Shown one piece after another: positions 25,115-45,174 of a stretch of 64,000 bases of DNA. Under the pieces are notes generated by a model. It saw only the letters and a program-made list of their open reading frames with translations. It ran no database searches and had not been told where the DNA came from. The position numbers were made by a program, and so were the translations under genes. This DNA is from Macrostomum lignano. Taxonomy: Eukaryota. The stretch is from NCBI GenBank assembly GCA_002269645.1, contig NIVC01003203.1, forward strand, positions 1-64,000. Direction: 5' to 3'. Within the stretch, counting starts at the first letter, position 1. Every line of letters starts with the position of its first letter.

Positions 25115-26660
25115 TTGCAATGTGGTTTGAGTTGCTTGCAATTTGGTCTGACTCGATTGCAATATGATTTGACTCGATTGCAATTTGGTTTGACTCGATT
25201 GCAATTTGGTTTGACTCGATTGCAATTTGGTTTGACTCGATTGCAATTTGGTATGACTCGCTTGTAATTTGGTTTGACTCGATTGTAATTTGGTTTGACT
25301 TGATTGCAATTTGGTTTGACTCGATTGCAATTTGGTTTGACTCGCTTGTAATTCGGTTTGCTTCGATTGTAATTTGGTTTGACTAGATTGCAATTTGGTT
25401 TGATTCGATTGTAATTTGGTTTGACTCGATTGCAATTTGGTTTGATTCGATTGCAATTTCGTTTGATTCGATTGCAATTCGGTTTGCTTCGATTGTAATT
25501 TGGTTTGACTAGATTGCAATTTGGTTTGATTCGATTGTAATTTGGTTTGATTCGATTGCAATTTGGTTTGATTCGATTGTAATTTGGTTTGATTCAATTG
25601 CAATTTGGTTTGACTCGATTGCAATTTGGTTTGATTCGATTGTAATTTGGTTTGATTCGATTGCAATTTGGTTTGATTCGATTGTAATTTGGTTTGATTC
25701 GATTGCAATTCGGTTTGCTTCGATTGTATTTTGGTTTGACTAGATTGCAATTTGGTTTGATTCGATTGTAATTTGGTTTGCTTCGATTGTAATTTGGTTT
25801 GATTCGATTGCAATTTGGTTTGATTCGATTGTAATTTGGTTTGATTCAATTGCAATTTGGTTTGACTCGATTGCAATTTGGTTTGATTCGATTGTAATTT
25901 GGTTTGATTCGATTGTAATTTGGTTTGATTCGATTGTAATTTCGTTTGATTCGATTGCAATTTGGTTTGCTTCGATTGTAATTTGGTTTGACTAGATTGC
26001 AATTTGGTTTGATTCGATTGTAATTTGGTTTGACTCGATTGCAATTTGGTTTGATTCGATTGCAATTTCGTTTGATTCGATTGCAATTCGGTTTGCTTCG
26101 ATTGTAATTTGGTTTGACTAGATTGCAATTTGGTTTGATTCGATTGTAATTTGGTTTGATTCGATTGCAATTTGGTTTGATTCGATTGTAATTTGGTTTG
26201 ATTCAATTGCAATTTGGTTTGACTCGATTGCAATTTGGTTTGATTCGATTGTAATTTGGTTTGATTCGATTGCAATTTGGTTTGATTCGATTGTAATTTG
26301 GTTTGATTCGATTGCAATTCGGTTTGCTTCGATTGTATTTTGGTTTGACTAGATTGCAATTTGGTTTGATTCGATTGCAATTTGGTTTGCTTCGATTGTA
26401 ATTTGGTTTGATTCGATTGCAATTTGGTTTGATTCGATTGTAATTTGGTTTGATTCAATTGCAATTTCGTTTGATTCGATTGCAATTCGGTTTGCTTCGA
26501 TTGTAATTTGGTTTGACTAGATTGCAATTTGGTTTGATTCGATTGTAATTTGGTTTGATTCGATTGCAATTCGGTTTGACTCGATTGCAATTTGGTTTGA
26601 CTAGATTGCAATTTGGTTTGACTCGATTGCAATTTGGTTTGACTCGATTGCAATTTGGTG
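25115..26660. repeat. 21-bp minisatellite, about 1.55 kb, between EF-hand and RPL6 exons
   Basis: Unit GATTCGATTGCAATTTGGTTT; rare variant GTATTTT recurs at 25726 and 26335 (609 bp = 29 units). Confidence 0.97.
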
Positions 26661-26881
26661 GACTTGCATGCAATTAGGTTTCATTCAATAACAAACTGTG
26701 TTAATTTAATTACAATTTCCTATTTCATTTCAAATTGGCTTGCTGCACACGAATTTTGTTGGTTTGTTGTTATTAGACAAAGATCATTTTCCCAACAATC
26801 GTCAACAAAAACCTTCGAAATTAGAAAATTTGAAAAGTTCTATGTAGTTTTGTTGCAGAGCATCAAATTAGCCAACCTCAC

Positions 26882-28192
26882 CTTGGTTTGCTGCACCTTG
26901 TGCTTCTCAACGACTTCCTGTTTGGGAATTAGCCCAAGGGTGTTGCAGTACTCGTCGTAGGTGATTGTGCCGCTCTCGTCCTCATCGAACAGGTTCAGCC
27001 ACTTTTTCACGAACGTGTCTTTGTAGTTCATCTTCTTGCAGTAGCTTGAAATGCCAAATTTGTGAGCGATTTGACTGTTACATTCATTCTGTCTTTACTC
27101 ATGCTCTCACAGTCCTGCATGCTAGCTGAAAAATCCCCAGCAACTTACTCTTCCAGCTCCTCGACCGAGATCTCACCGGAGTGGTCGGTGTCGATGGCCT
27201 GAAACGCCTGATGAAAGTCCATGCCTGGCTCCTGCGCGCAAAAGTATTGCGGTTCGGCATGTTATGTCAGTGAAATTTGAGCGTAAATGTTACTGGCTTT
27301 TGATCTGTTAGTGGTGTGCTGTCTGCTCTGACCGTGAACTGTGTTTGATCTGTCAGTGGTGTGCTGTCTGCTCTGACCGTGACTGTGTTTGATCTGTCAG
27401 TGGTGTGCTGTCTGCTCTGACCGTGACTGTGTTTGATCTGTCAGTCAGTGGTGTGCTGTCTGCTCTGACCGTGACTGTGTTTGATCTGTCAGTCAGTGGT
27501 GTGCTGTCTGCTCTGACCGTGACTGTGTTTGATCTGTCAGTCAGTGGTGTGCTGTCTGCTCTGACCGTGACTGTGTTTGATCTGTCAGTGGTGTGCTGTC
27601 TGCTCTGACCGTGACTGTGTTTGATCTGTCAGTCAGTGGTGTGCTGTCTGCTCTGACCGTGACTGTGTTTGATCTGTCAGTGGTGTGCTGTCTGCTCTGA
27701 CCGTGAGCTGCGTTTGATCTGTCAGTGGTGTGCTGTCTGCTCTGACCGTGACTGTGTTTGATCTGTCAGTGGTGTGCTGTCTGCTCTGACCGTGACTGTG
27801 TTTGATCTGTCAGTGCCAGTGGTGTGCTGTCTGCTCTGACCGTGACTGTGTTTGATCTGTCAGTGGTGTGCTGTCTGCTCTGACCGTGACTGTGTTTGAT
27901 CTGTCAGTGCCAGTGGTGTGCTGTCTGCTCTGACCGTGACTGTGTTTGATCTGTCAGTGGTGTGCTGTCTGCTCTGACCGTGACTGTGTTTGATCTGTCA
28001 GTGGTGTGCTGTCTGCTCTGACCGTGACTGTGTTTGATCTGTCAGTGCCAGTGGTGTGCTGTCTGCTCTGACCGTGACTGTGTTTGATCTGTCAGTGGTG
28101 TGCTGTCTGCTCTGACCGTGACTGTGTTTGATCTGTTTATCCAAGACAAAAACAGATGAAAATCCGAATGGAAAAACCCAGATGCTCACCAT
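26882..28192 (-). CDS. Two-EF-hand calcium-binding module (TAL/calmodulin-like N-domain); apparently the 5' exons of the RPL6 gene
   Basis: ATG|GTGAGC at 28192-28190, exons 27231-27149 and 27044-26882; loops DTDHSGEISVEE and DEDESGTITYDE; ends AAG|GTGAGG in phase 0. Confidence 0.8.
27300..28137. repeat. About 44-bp minisatellite, EF-hand intron 1
   Basis: Unit GTGGTGTGCTGTCTGCTCTGACCGTGACTGTGTTTGATCTGTCA. Confidence 0.96.
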
Positions 28193-29480
28193 ATCGCCGT
28201 CAGTTTGTTAAACAAACGCAAAGTCTTTCCACAAAGCTCTGCTCTGTTTTACTCTGCTAAAAACTGTCCACTCTCCAGAAGGACTCAAATTTTCAGCTCT
28301 CTGTTCTGATTAATAACCGCCAAGCAAGCGTTTGGACTCGATCTACCACCTAGCCGGCCTTCTCAGCTATTTGGAATTTCGAAGAACGACGAAGAAATGA
28401 AGAAATGCGCTCACCAATGGTTGGCTCCTCCTCTCAATCTCTTCTCTCCTAGCCTTTTGAGTCGAGCCCCACCCCAACCCCCGAGCTCCATTGTCAGCTC
28501 TCCCTGCTCAGGCCTGCCCTGCCGAGCCCCCGCTCGGGCCCCAGCCAGCCTCCCCGCTCTCTCCTCTCCTCTCCGAGCTGTAGTCAGTTTTCTCTCGCTT
28601 CAACCAACCCCTGCTGGCCCTACGGCGGCTCTTTTGCTTTGCTTACAGCAGAGAAACACAAGGGTGCTGAGAGGTCCTCCTAACATGGGCAACTGCAGTA
28701 GAAGGGCGCTACCACTCGGCTTTCTTAGCAATGAGCTGGAGGCCGGTAAGAATCGCATATTTGTCGCTTCGCCAGTGCATTTAGTGTGTTTCCCCGTCAT
28801 TATTTTCCCTATGAAGGTTAAAGCGTTTAGTAGGCCGACTGTACGTCCTCGATGATTGTTGGAATTACTGAAAAACTAACGCATATTTTAAACCTCATAA
28901 GGTGGCAAAATATTTCGGTAGATTGAAGAGCATGACAGACGAAAGAACTGACTCAGAAAAACAAATTTGGGGGGGGGGGTAGTCTCTTCTGCTTCGAGTT
29001 TAAGGCCATATAATTTGCCATTCTGAATTTAGTCTAGCCCAGGTCTAGTCTAGTCTAGAGAGAGGAGGAAGAACACGAAATGCGCATTTTTATGTTTCTG
29101 AATAGCTGTGCGTGCAGTCCTGCCTGTCGTACAAATGAGTATCTTGCATTTATACGTACCAGAGTGTGTACACGTTGTGACGTGGTGCCCATTAGCTTCG
29201 AATTTCATTGAGTCCGACCCGTCCCAATTATTCTATTCGCTTAAAATATTACTTCTTTCAGTATTAGTAGCTCTGTTTAGGTAATTTTACCACCCAAAAT
29301 TGATTGAGATTAACGCGAAACAACGACAGCAGCGCCATCTCGACTAAATAGAGAAAAGGAAACTCCCTCCAGTCTCTCGTGTGGCTGTGTATTGAACTAA
29401 AAATTTGTGGGAAAAAAAGTAGTTTTTTTATTTCCTGTCAAGAAAAAATTGAGTCACGTGTGACTTCACAGTCAAACGGT

Positions 29481-32400
29481 TCAGGTCGGAAACATGACCA
29501 GGTCGATGCGGAGATTCCTCTTACGGATGCCGTTGCATCGTTCGGTAACCAAGGCAACCGTGGCAGCGTTGCCGCCGGTGTAATTAGGCGCGCTAAAGAC
29601 GGTGACGCAACGCTTGAGGTAGTGCCACTCGTAGCCGGCCGGCTTGGTCTCGTGGCCGCGGATCAGGCAGGCCAAGTTGAACTGCTGCATGGTCTTCTCG
29701 ATGGCGTCGAAGCCGAACGTGTACGCAATCTGGCGCTCCGAGTTGAAGTGCCAGCCTCGGAGGGACGTCCAGTTGGCGTCGTTCGGGCTCATGTAGGGCA
29801 TGCCGTGGTGCATCGGGTCGGACCAGAGCAGGTCGGACAGCACGAAATCGTAGGCGGAGTGGTTCAGCAGGCTTAGGGAGCGCTGCGTCTCTCGGCTGCT
29901 CGACACGAATCCGGAGGAGCCGACTTGGACCGGCCGGCGCACCTGCGGATCCGGCAGGGTGACGTTGCTGGACTGGGCTGCAGGAACCACTTGAGTTTTG
30001 GACTGGGCTGCAGGAACCACTTGAGTTTTGGACTGGGCTGCAGGGACCACTTGAGTTTTGGACTGGGCTGCAGGGACCACTTGAGTTTTGGACTGGGCTG
30101 CAGGGACCACTTGAGTTTTGGACTGGGCTGCAGGGACCACTTGAGTTTTGGACTGGGCTGCAGGGACCACTTGAGTTTTGGACTGGGCCATGGACCCCAA
30201 GGATTGCTAGACTGAGCTCAAACACCACTGGATTGCTAGACTGAGCTCAAATATCACTGGATTGCTAGACTGAGCTCAAACACCACTGGATTGCTAGACT
30301 GAGCTCAAATATCACTGGATTGCTAGACTGAGCTCAAACACCACTGGATTGCTAGACTGAGCTCAAATATCACTGGATTGCTAGACTGAGCTCAAACACC
30401 ACTGGATTGCTAGACTGAGCTCAAATATCACTGGTTTGCTAGACTGAGCTCAAATATCACTGGTTTGCTAGACTGAGCTCAAATATCACTGGTTTGCTAG
30501 ACTGAGCTCAAATATCACTGGTTTGCTAGACTGAGCTCAAATATCACTGGATTGCTAGACTGAGCTCAAATATCACTGGATTGCTAGACTGAGCTCAAAC
30601 ATCACTGGATTGCTAGACTGAGCTCAAATATCACTGGTTTGCTAGACTGAGCTCAAATATCACTGGATTGCTAGACTGAGCTCAAACATCACTGGATTGC
30701 TAGACTGAGCTCAAACATGGGCTGCATGGATTGCTAGACTGAGCTCAAACATCACTGGTTTGCTAGACTGAACTCAAACATCACTGGATTGCTAGACTGA
30801 GCTCAAACATCACTGGATTGCTAGACTGAGCTCAAACATCACTGGATTGCTAGACTGACCTAGCACTTGGCAGGGGAAATTTTCACCTTCCAGTTGAGAT
30901 AGGAGGTCAGCGCCCCAGGCGCCAGCTGGGCCTTGTGCCGCTGACAGACGGTGCCCAGCGGGCAGCGCTCGCATTGGCGCTGGCAGGTGCGGCAGGCGGA
31001 CAGGGCGGGGCTGAGGCCGCCGTGCAGGCAGAGAATCCGCTGCTCGAGCACGCAGGCCACGGGCAGGTAGTCGAACACGTGGATGAACATGCGCCAAAGC
31101 CCGTGCGCCAGGCGACGGTGGCCCGCGTTGACGGCATTCTCTGCGGTATTCAAGCGGCTTTTTGAATAAGATTCTAAGAAATCATTTTCAGTGTTTCATA
31201 ATTGTACTGTCTAGTGCTGATCTAGGGGATATCTTACGCATAGGTATATACGACTCCTGTAATTAGAAATTTCTTATATTGGAGTAGTATACAATCTTAA
31301 AAAGGATTAAGAGGATCTCTGCTTGGGGATCTGAGATCTTAAAGTGACCTGAGGTTCCTATTCGGGATCTGGGATCTTCTTGTCTGAGATTTCCAATTCG
31401 GGATTTGGGATCTTGCTGGTCTGAGATTTCCCATTCGGGATCTGGGATCTTACTGATCTGAGATTTCCAATTTGGGATCTGGTATCTTACTGATCTGAGA
31501 TTTCCCATTCGGGATCTGGGATCTGGCCTTCCAAAGAACACCCACCGTGGAATCGCTCCTCAATCTCAGCGTAGAACCCGTAGGTCTCGTGCAGTTCAAA
31601 GTCCTCGTGGTTGCCGCGCAGGATGAACACGCGGGAGGGATAGCGCAGCTTGTAGTAGAGGAACAGGCACACCGTCTCCAGCTGCTGCGGCCCCCTGTCC
31701 ACCATGTCGCCTGCGGGCGTCGGCGATGAGAGCGGAGTGAAGAAATCCCACCGCTGCTTCTACGGAATTATCCCACTGACTCTTCTGCTCAATGCCACTG
31801 ACTCTCCTGCTCAATGTCACTGACTCTCCTGCTCAATGTCACTGACTCTCCTGCTCAATGCCACTGACTCTCCTGCTCAATGTCACTGACTCTTCTGCTC
31901 AATGCCACTGACTCTCCTGCTCAATGTCACTGACTCTCCTGCTCAATGTCACTGACTCTCCTGCTCAATGTCACTGACTCTCCTGCTCAATGTCACTGAC
32001 TCTCCTGCTCAATATCACTGACTCTCCTGCTCAATGCCACTGACTCTCCTGCTCAATATCACTGACTCTCCTGCTCAATGCCACTGACTCTCCTGCTCAA
32101 TGTCACTGCCTTTCCTGCTCAATGGCGCTGACTTTCGGGTTCAATCTACGGTAAAACTAGCCAACCCATTGAAAAAGTTAACAAGAATCGCTATAAAGAG
32201 TCACTTCAGGCAGCTCACAAGTGACTCTATCGACTCTTGGGCGATTCTTGTGACTTTTTAACAACTTTAACGACTGAAATGCAACGGAAACAACAGTTAA
32301 GTCACGAGCGCATCACGCTCGAAAAATCTTCCAAGAGCTAGAGTCGTTTTATGCAACGCCCCAGAGTCGTAGACGATAAAAATGCTTCAAATAGACTTTT

Positions 32401-34582
32401 AGGCGACTATTTGGCGACTTTTAGGCGACTTGTACCGTGACATCTCGTTGTTTAAGAATCGTCTAAAGTCATGTCACTTCTTTCCTACTTCATCCATGCT
32501 ACCTGCAACGACTCTGGGATGACGCATGTGACTCTGGGATGACGCATGTGACTCTGGGATGACGCATGTGACTCTGGGATGACGCATGTGACTCTGGGAT
32601 GACGCATGTGACTCTGGGATGACGCATGTGACTCTGGGATGACGCATGTGACTCTGGGATGACGCATGTGACTCTGGGATGACGCATGTGACTCTGGGAT
32701 GACGCATGTGACTCTGGGATGACGCATGTGACTCTGGGATGACGCATGTGACTCTGAGACGCTTCTTGGCTTAGGTACCGTTTGCATCAGATAGCCATAG
32801 TTCCCAGCTACTCACCGCAGCAGACCAAGTTAGTGTCGCAGTGCTCCGGCCCGCCAATCCTGTACAGCCATTCCAGCAGGTCGCTGAACTGCCCGTGGAT
32901 ATCCGTGATGACGTAGGCTGGCGCTGGCAGATCCTCGCAGCTGTCGTGGCGCATCAAAGAGTAGCGGACTAGCATGAGCAGCACCATGATGCGGTAGGCA
33001 TTCAGCTCGTCCTCCTTGGTGTCCGGGCCCCAGACTATCTTTAGCCTGCGCAGTTCGCACGCAAAAATATAATATTAATATTAGATTGCATTAGCTTCCG
33101 GCCTCTGTCCCTCTTCCCCTGTCCTCTCTCCCAGCATCTCTCTACCGGCCTCTCTGCCCCTCCTCCCTTCTCACCCTCCTCCCCCGCATCTCTCTACCGG
33201 CCTCTGCCCCTCCTCCCTTCTCACCCTCCTCCCCCGCATCTCTCTACCGGCCTCTGCCCCTCCTCCCTTCTCACCCTCCTCCCCCGCATCTCTCTACCGG
33301 CCTCTGCCCCTCCTCCCTTCTCACCCTCCTCCCCCGCATCTCTCTACCGGCCTCTGCCCCTCCTCCCTTCTCACCCTCCTCCCCCGCATCTCTCTACCGG
33401 CCTCTGCCCCTCCTCCCTTCTCACCCTCCTCCCCCGCATCTCTCTACCGGCCTCTGCCCCTCCTCCCTTCTCACCCTCCTCCCCCGCATCTCTCTACCGG
33501 CCTCTGCCCCTCCTCCCTTCTCACCCTCCTCCCCGCATCTCTCTACCGGCCTCTGCCCCTCCTCCCTTCTCACCCTCCTCCCCCGCATCTCTCTACCGGC
33601 CTCTGCCCTCCTCCCTTCTCACCCTCCTCCCCCGCATCTCTCTACCGGCCTCTGCCCCTCCTCCCTTCTCACCCTCCTCCCCCGCATCTCTCTACCGGCC
33701 TCTGCCCCTCCTCCCTTCTCACCCTCCTCCCCGCATCTCTCTACCGGCCTCTGCCCCTCCTCCCTTCTCACCCTCCTCCCCCGCATCTCTCTACCGGCCT
33801 CTGCCCCTCCTCCCTTCTCACCCTCCTCCCCCGCATCTCTCTACCGGCCTCTGCCCCTCCTCCCTTCTCACCCTCCTCCCCCGCATCTCTCTACCGGCCT
33901 CTGCCCCTCCTCCCTTCTCACCCTCCTCCCCCGCATCTCTCTACCGGCCTCTGCCCCTCCTCCCTTCTCACCCTCCTCCCCCGCATCTCTCTACCGGCCT
34001 CTGCCCCTCCTCCCTTCTCACCCTCCTCCCCCGCATCTCTCTACCGGCCTCTGCCCCTCCTCCCTTCTCACCCTCCTCCCCCGCATCTCTCTACCGGCCT
34101 GTCCCTCCTCACTCTCTTGACCCCCCCCCAAATCTCTACCGCGGTTTCCGTTTCTTCTCTCTTCTTTTCTTTTATGTCCCAGCCAAGATTCTATCTAAGA
34201 AGGCCGGAAGCTAAAAGCAGCCGCGGCATTCCCGCGGATTTTCCTCGGAATTGCCGCCACATGAGAGCAATTCACGCGCGTACCTAGCCTGAGAGAAGCG
34301 CAGCCGCGAGTCCCCGTCGTGCGCGCCTCGCAGCAGGCGATCCTCAGCAAATCGATTAAAGAACGCGTTGTACTTGAGCTTGCCAAACAGCACAGACAAG
34401 TCGGAGTACTTCAGCATCTCGTCCCGGTATTTGCCGCTGGGCAGGTAGCTGTAAAACGCTTTCATCTTGAGACTGCCGTCTTCGTTCTTCGGCAAGTTGG
34501 AACTGCGAACGGCCGCGCAGCAGGGCTCGTTGCTGCGGACTTTGGGCGTCTTTAACTGGCTGTCCATCTGGTTGACTTGCAT
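29481..34582 (-). CDS. Divergent PPP-family Ser/Thr protein phosphatase (PP1-like), 469 aa as modelled
   Basis: Exons 34582-34284, 33045-32816, 31710-31546, 31140-30887, 29942-29481 with consistent phases; motifs TDIHGQ, GDMVDRG, LRGNHE, HGGLSP, DLLWSDP, RGHE, FSAPNY; the donor at 30886 (GTGAAA) is weak. Confidence 0.85.
29966..30186. repeat. 30-bp minisatellite, phosphatase intron 4
   Basis: Unit GACTGGGCTGCAGGGACCACTTGAGTTTTG x7-8. Confidence 0.95.
30200..30858. repeat. 29-bp minisatellite, phosphatase intron 4
   Basis: Unit GGATTGCTAGACTGAGCTCAAATATCACT x about 22. Confidence 0.96.
31775..32125. repeat. 22-bp minisatellite, phosphatase intron 2
   Basis: Unit ACTGACTCTCCTGCTCAATGTC. Confidence 0.95.
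32510..32757. repeat. 20-bp perfect minisatellite, phosphatase intron 2
   Basis: Unit GACTCTGGGATGACGCATGT x12. Confidence 0.97.
33135..34100. repeat. 50-bp pyrimidine-rich minisatellite, phosphatase intron 1
   Basis: Unit CCCCCGCATCTCTCTACCGGCCTCTGCCCCTCCTCCCTTCTCACCCTCCT x about 19. Confidence 0.97.
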
Positions 34583-34904
34583 GGCTGCTGTCCTGATTGA
34601 TTGGTACCTAGTTCTTTATTAAATTCAGCAACCAATTTACTCACATTTCGGGAGACAGCGGAAGCATTTCTTATTTAATTAGTGTCTGTCTGCAATAGCA
34701 AATCCCCCCAGTTAGTGGGCAGCAGTTGGCAGCCCTCACGCGGCTAGAAAGATTGGAGTTCCAGCTACTGTCTATGGTAATGAGGAAGTTCGCTGAATAA
34801 AGATAGCATGCATTTTGCGTATGCATTTAGGTTGTGCGTTTATTTTAATTCTTAGTTCTTAGTTAAAAAGCGCTATAAAGGCGGTTTTCAAAAAACAATC
34901 TAAG

Positions 34905-36005
34905 ATCAGACGAGCTGATTAAGATTAGATAAACCGAGATTACATGAGCTGAGATTATAAAACCCGAGATTAGATGAGCTGAGATGAGACGAGCTAAGAT
35001 TAGATGAGCTGAGATTAGAAAAGCTGAGATTAGATGAGCTGAGATTAGACAAGCCGAGATTAGATTAGCTGAGATTAGACAAGCCGAGATTAGATTAGCT
35101 GAGATTAGACAAGCCGAGATTAGATTAGCTGAGATTAGACAAGCCGAGATTAGATTAGCTGAGATTAGACAAGCCGAGATTAGATTAGCTGAGATTAGAC
35201 AAGCCGAGATTAGATTAGCTGAGATTAGACAAGCCGAGATTAGATGAGCTGAGATCAGACGAGCTAAGATTAGATGATCTGAGATTATAAAACCCGAGAT
35301 TAGATGAGCTGAGATCAGACGAGCTAAGATTAGATGAGCTGAGATTATAAAACCCGAGATTAGATGAGCTGAGATCAGACGAGCTAAGATTAGATGAGCT
35401 GAGATTAGACTAACCCAGATTAGACGAGCTGATATTAGACAAGCCGAGATTAGATTAGCTGAGATTAGACAAGCCGAGATTAGATGAGCTGAGATTAGAT
35501 GAGCTGAGATTAGATGAGCTGAGATTAGAAAAGCTGAGATTATAAAAGCTGAGATTAGATGAGCTGAGATTAGACAAGCCGAGATTAGATTAGCTGAGAT
35601 TAGACAAGCCGAGATTAGATTAGCTGAGATTAGACAAGCCGAGATTAGATGAGCTTGGATTAGACAAGCCGAGATCAGATGCGCTGAGATAGACAAGCTG
35701 AGATTAGATGAGCTGGGATTAGACAAGCTGGGATTAGATGAGCTGGGATTAGACAAGCCGAAATTAGATGAGCTGAGATTAGACAAGCTGAGATTAGATT
35801 AGCTGAGATTAGACGAGTTGAGATTAGTTGAACAGAGATTAGGCGAGCTGAGATTAGATGCGCTGAGATTAGTTGAGCTGAGATTGGATGAGTTGAGATT
35901 TGACGAATTGAGATTAGATATACGAAGCAGAGATTAGATGAGCTGAGATGACACAAGCTGAGATTAGACAAGCCAAGATTAGACGAGCTGAGATCAAGAC
36001 GAGCT
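34905..36005. repeat. 15-bp-based minisatellite, intergenic
   Basis: Subunits GAGATTAGACAAGCC / GAGATTAGATGAGCT. Confidence 0.95.
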
Positions 36006-36625
36006 GAGAAGAATAGATTCGATGAGATTATTAGCCAAGCTTATTCTGCCCACAGATACTATGCAAAGTAATGCAATAGATTTATTACATATCTGTGATA
36101 CCTCAGAATATTTTTTCTGTCTTAATGGTTGAATAAAATGTGATTTCGCAAAACAAATTAAAATTAATGTTTGCAAATTGGCTTCACAACTAACAGTGTA
36201 TTGTGTAATTTTTTTGCATTTTAATCACTTGAATTGAAAAAAAGATTTACAAAAAGAGAAGTATTTGAGCTATTAAAAATCCTTTTAGAATATGGAATCG
36301 ATATTGAAAAATCATTGAGAAAACTAGCATGATAGACTGAATAAAACGCGTTCTAAATACAGGTTCTAAATTCTAAATAATATTAAATGAAATCACTTTT
36401 TATGAGCAATAATTCGCAAATAAAATACTCAAAAAATCAACTAAGTAGTATGCAAAAAATCTTGCAACTAAAACGTTTGATATTCAACGGAAAATAAAAT
36501 TAAATAAACAAAAGTTTTAGAACAAAAAAATCTGTAGATCCTGGCGCAAGATCCAGTCTTCCAGAGGTGGATATGAATTGTTTAACAAAAGTGAAAAACT
36601 TTTTCCTCAGCAAAAGGTTCCTTCC

Positions 36626-45174
<8,549 letters not shown>

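Noticed and set aside
25043-26653. 536-aa LQSNQTK ORF as an independent coiled-coil gene
   Set aside because: No ATG start, purely a 21-bp repeat, lies in an intron-like position and is out of frame with RPL6
27300-33000. Regular 20-44-bp repeats as CRISPR arrays
   Set aside because: Head-to-tail repeats without unique spacers, no cas genes, eukaryotic context
34863-35971. ISACL/ISAHL pentapeptide-repeat-like ORFs
   Set aside because: Product of a 15-bp minisatellite; no start context or non-repeat domain
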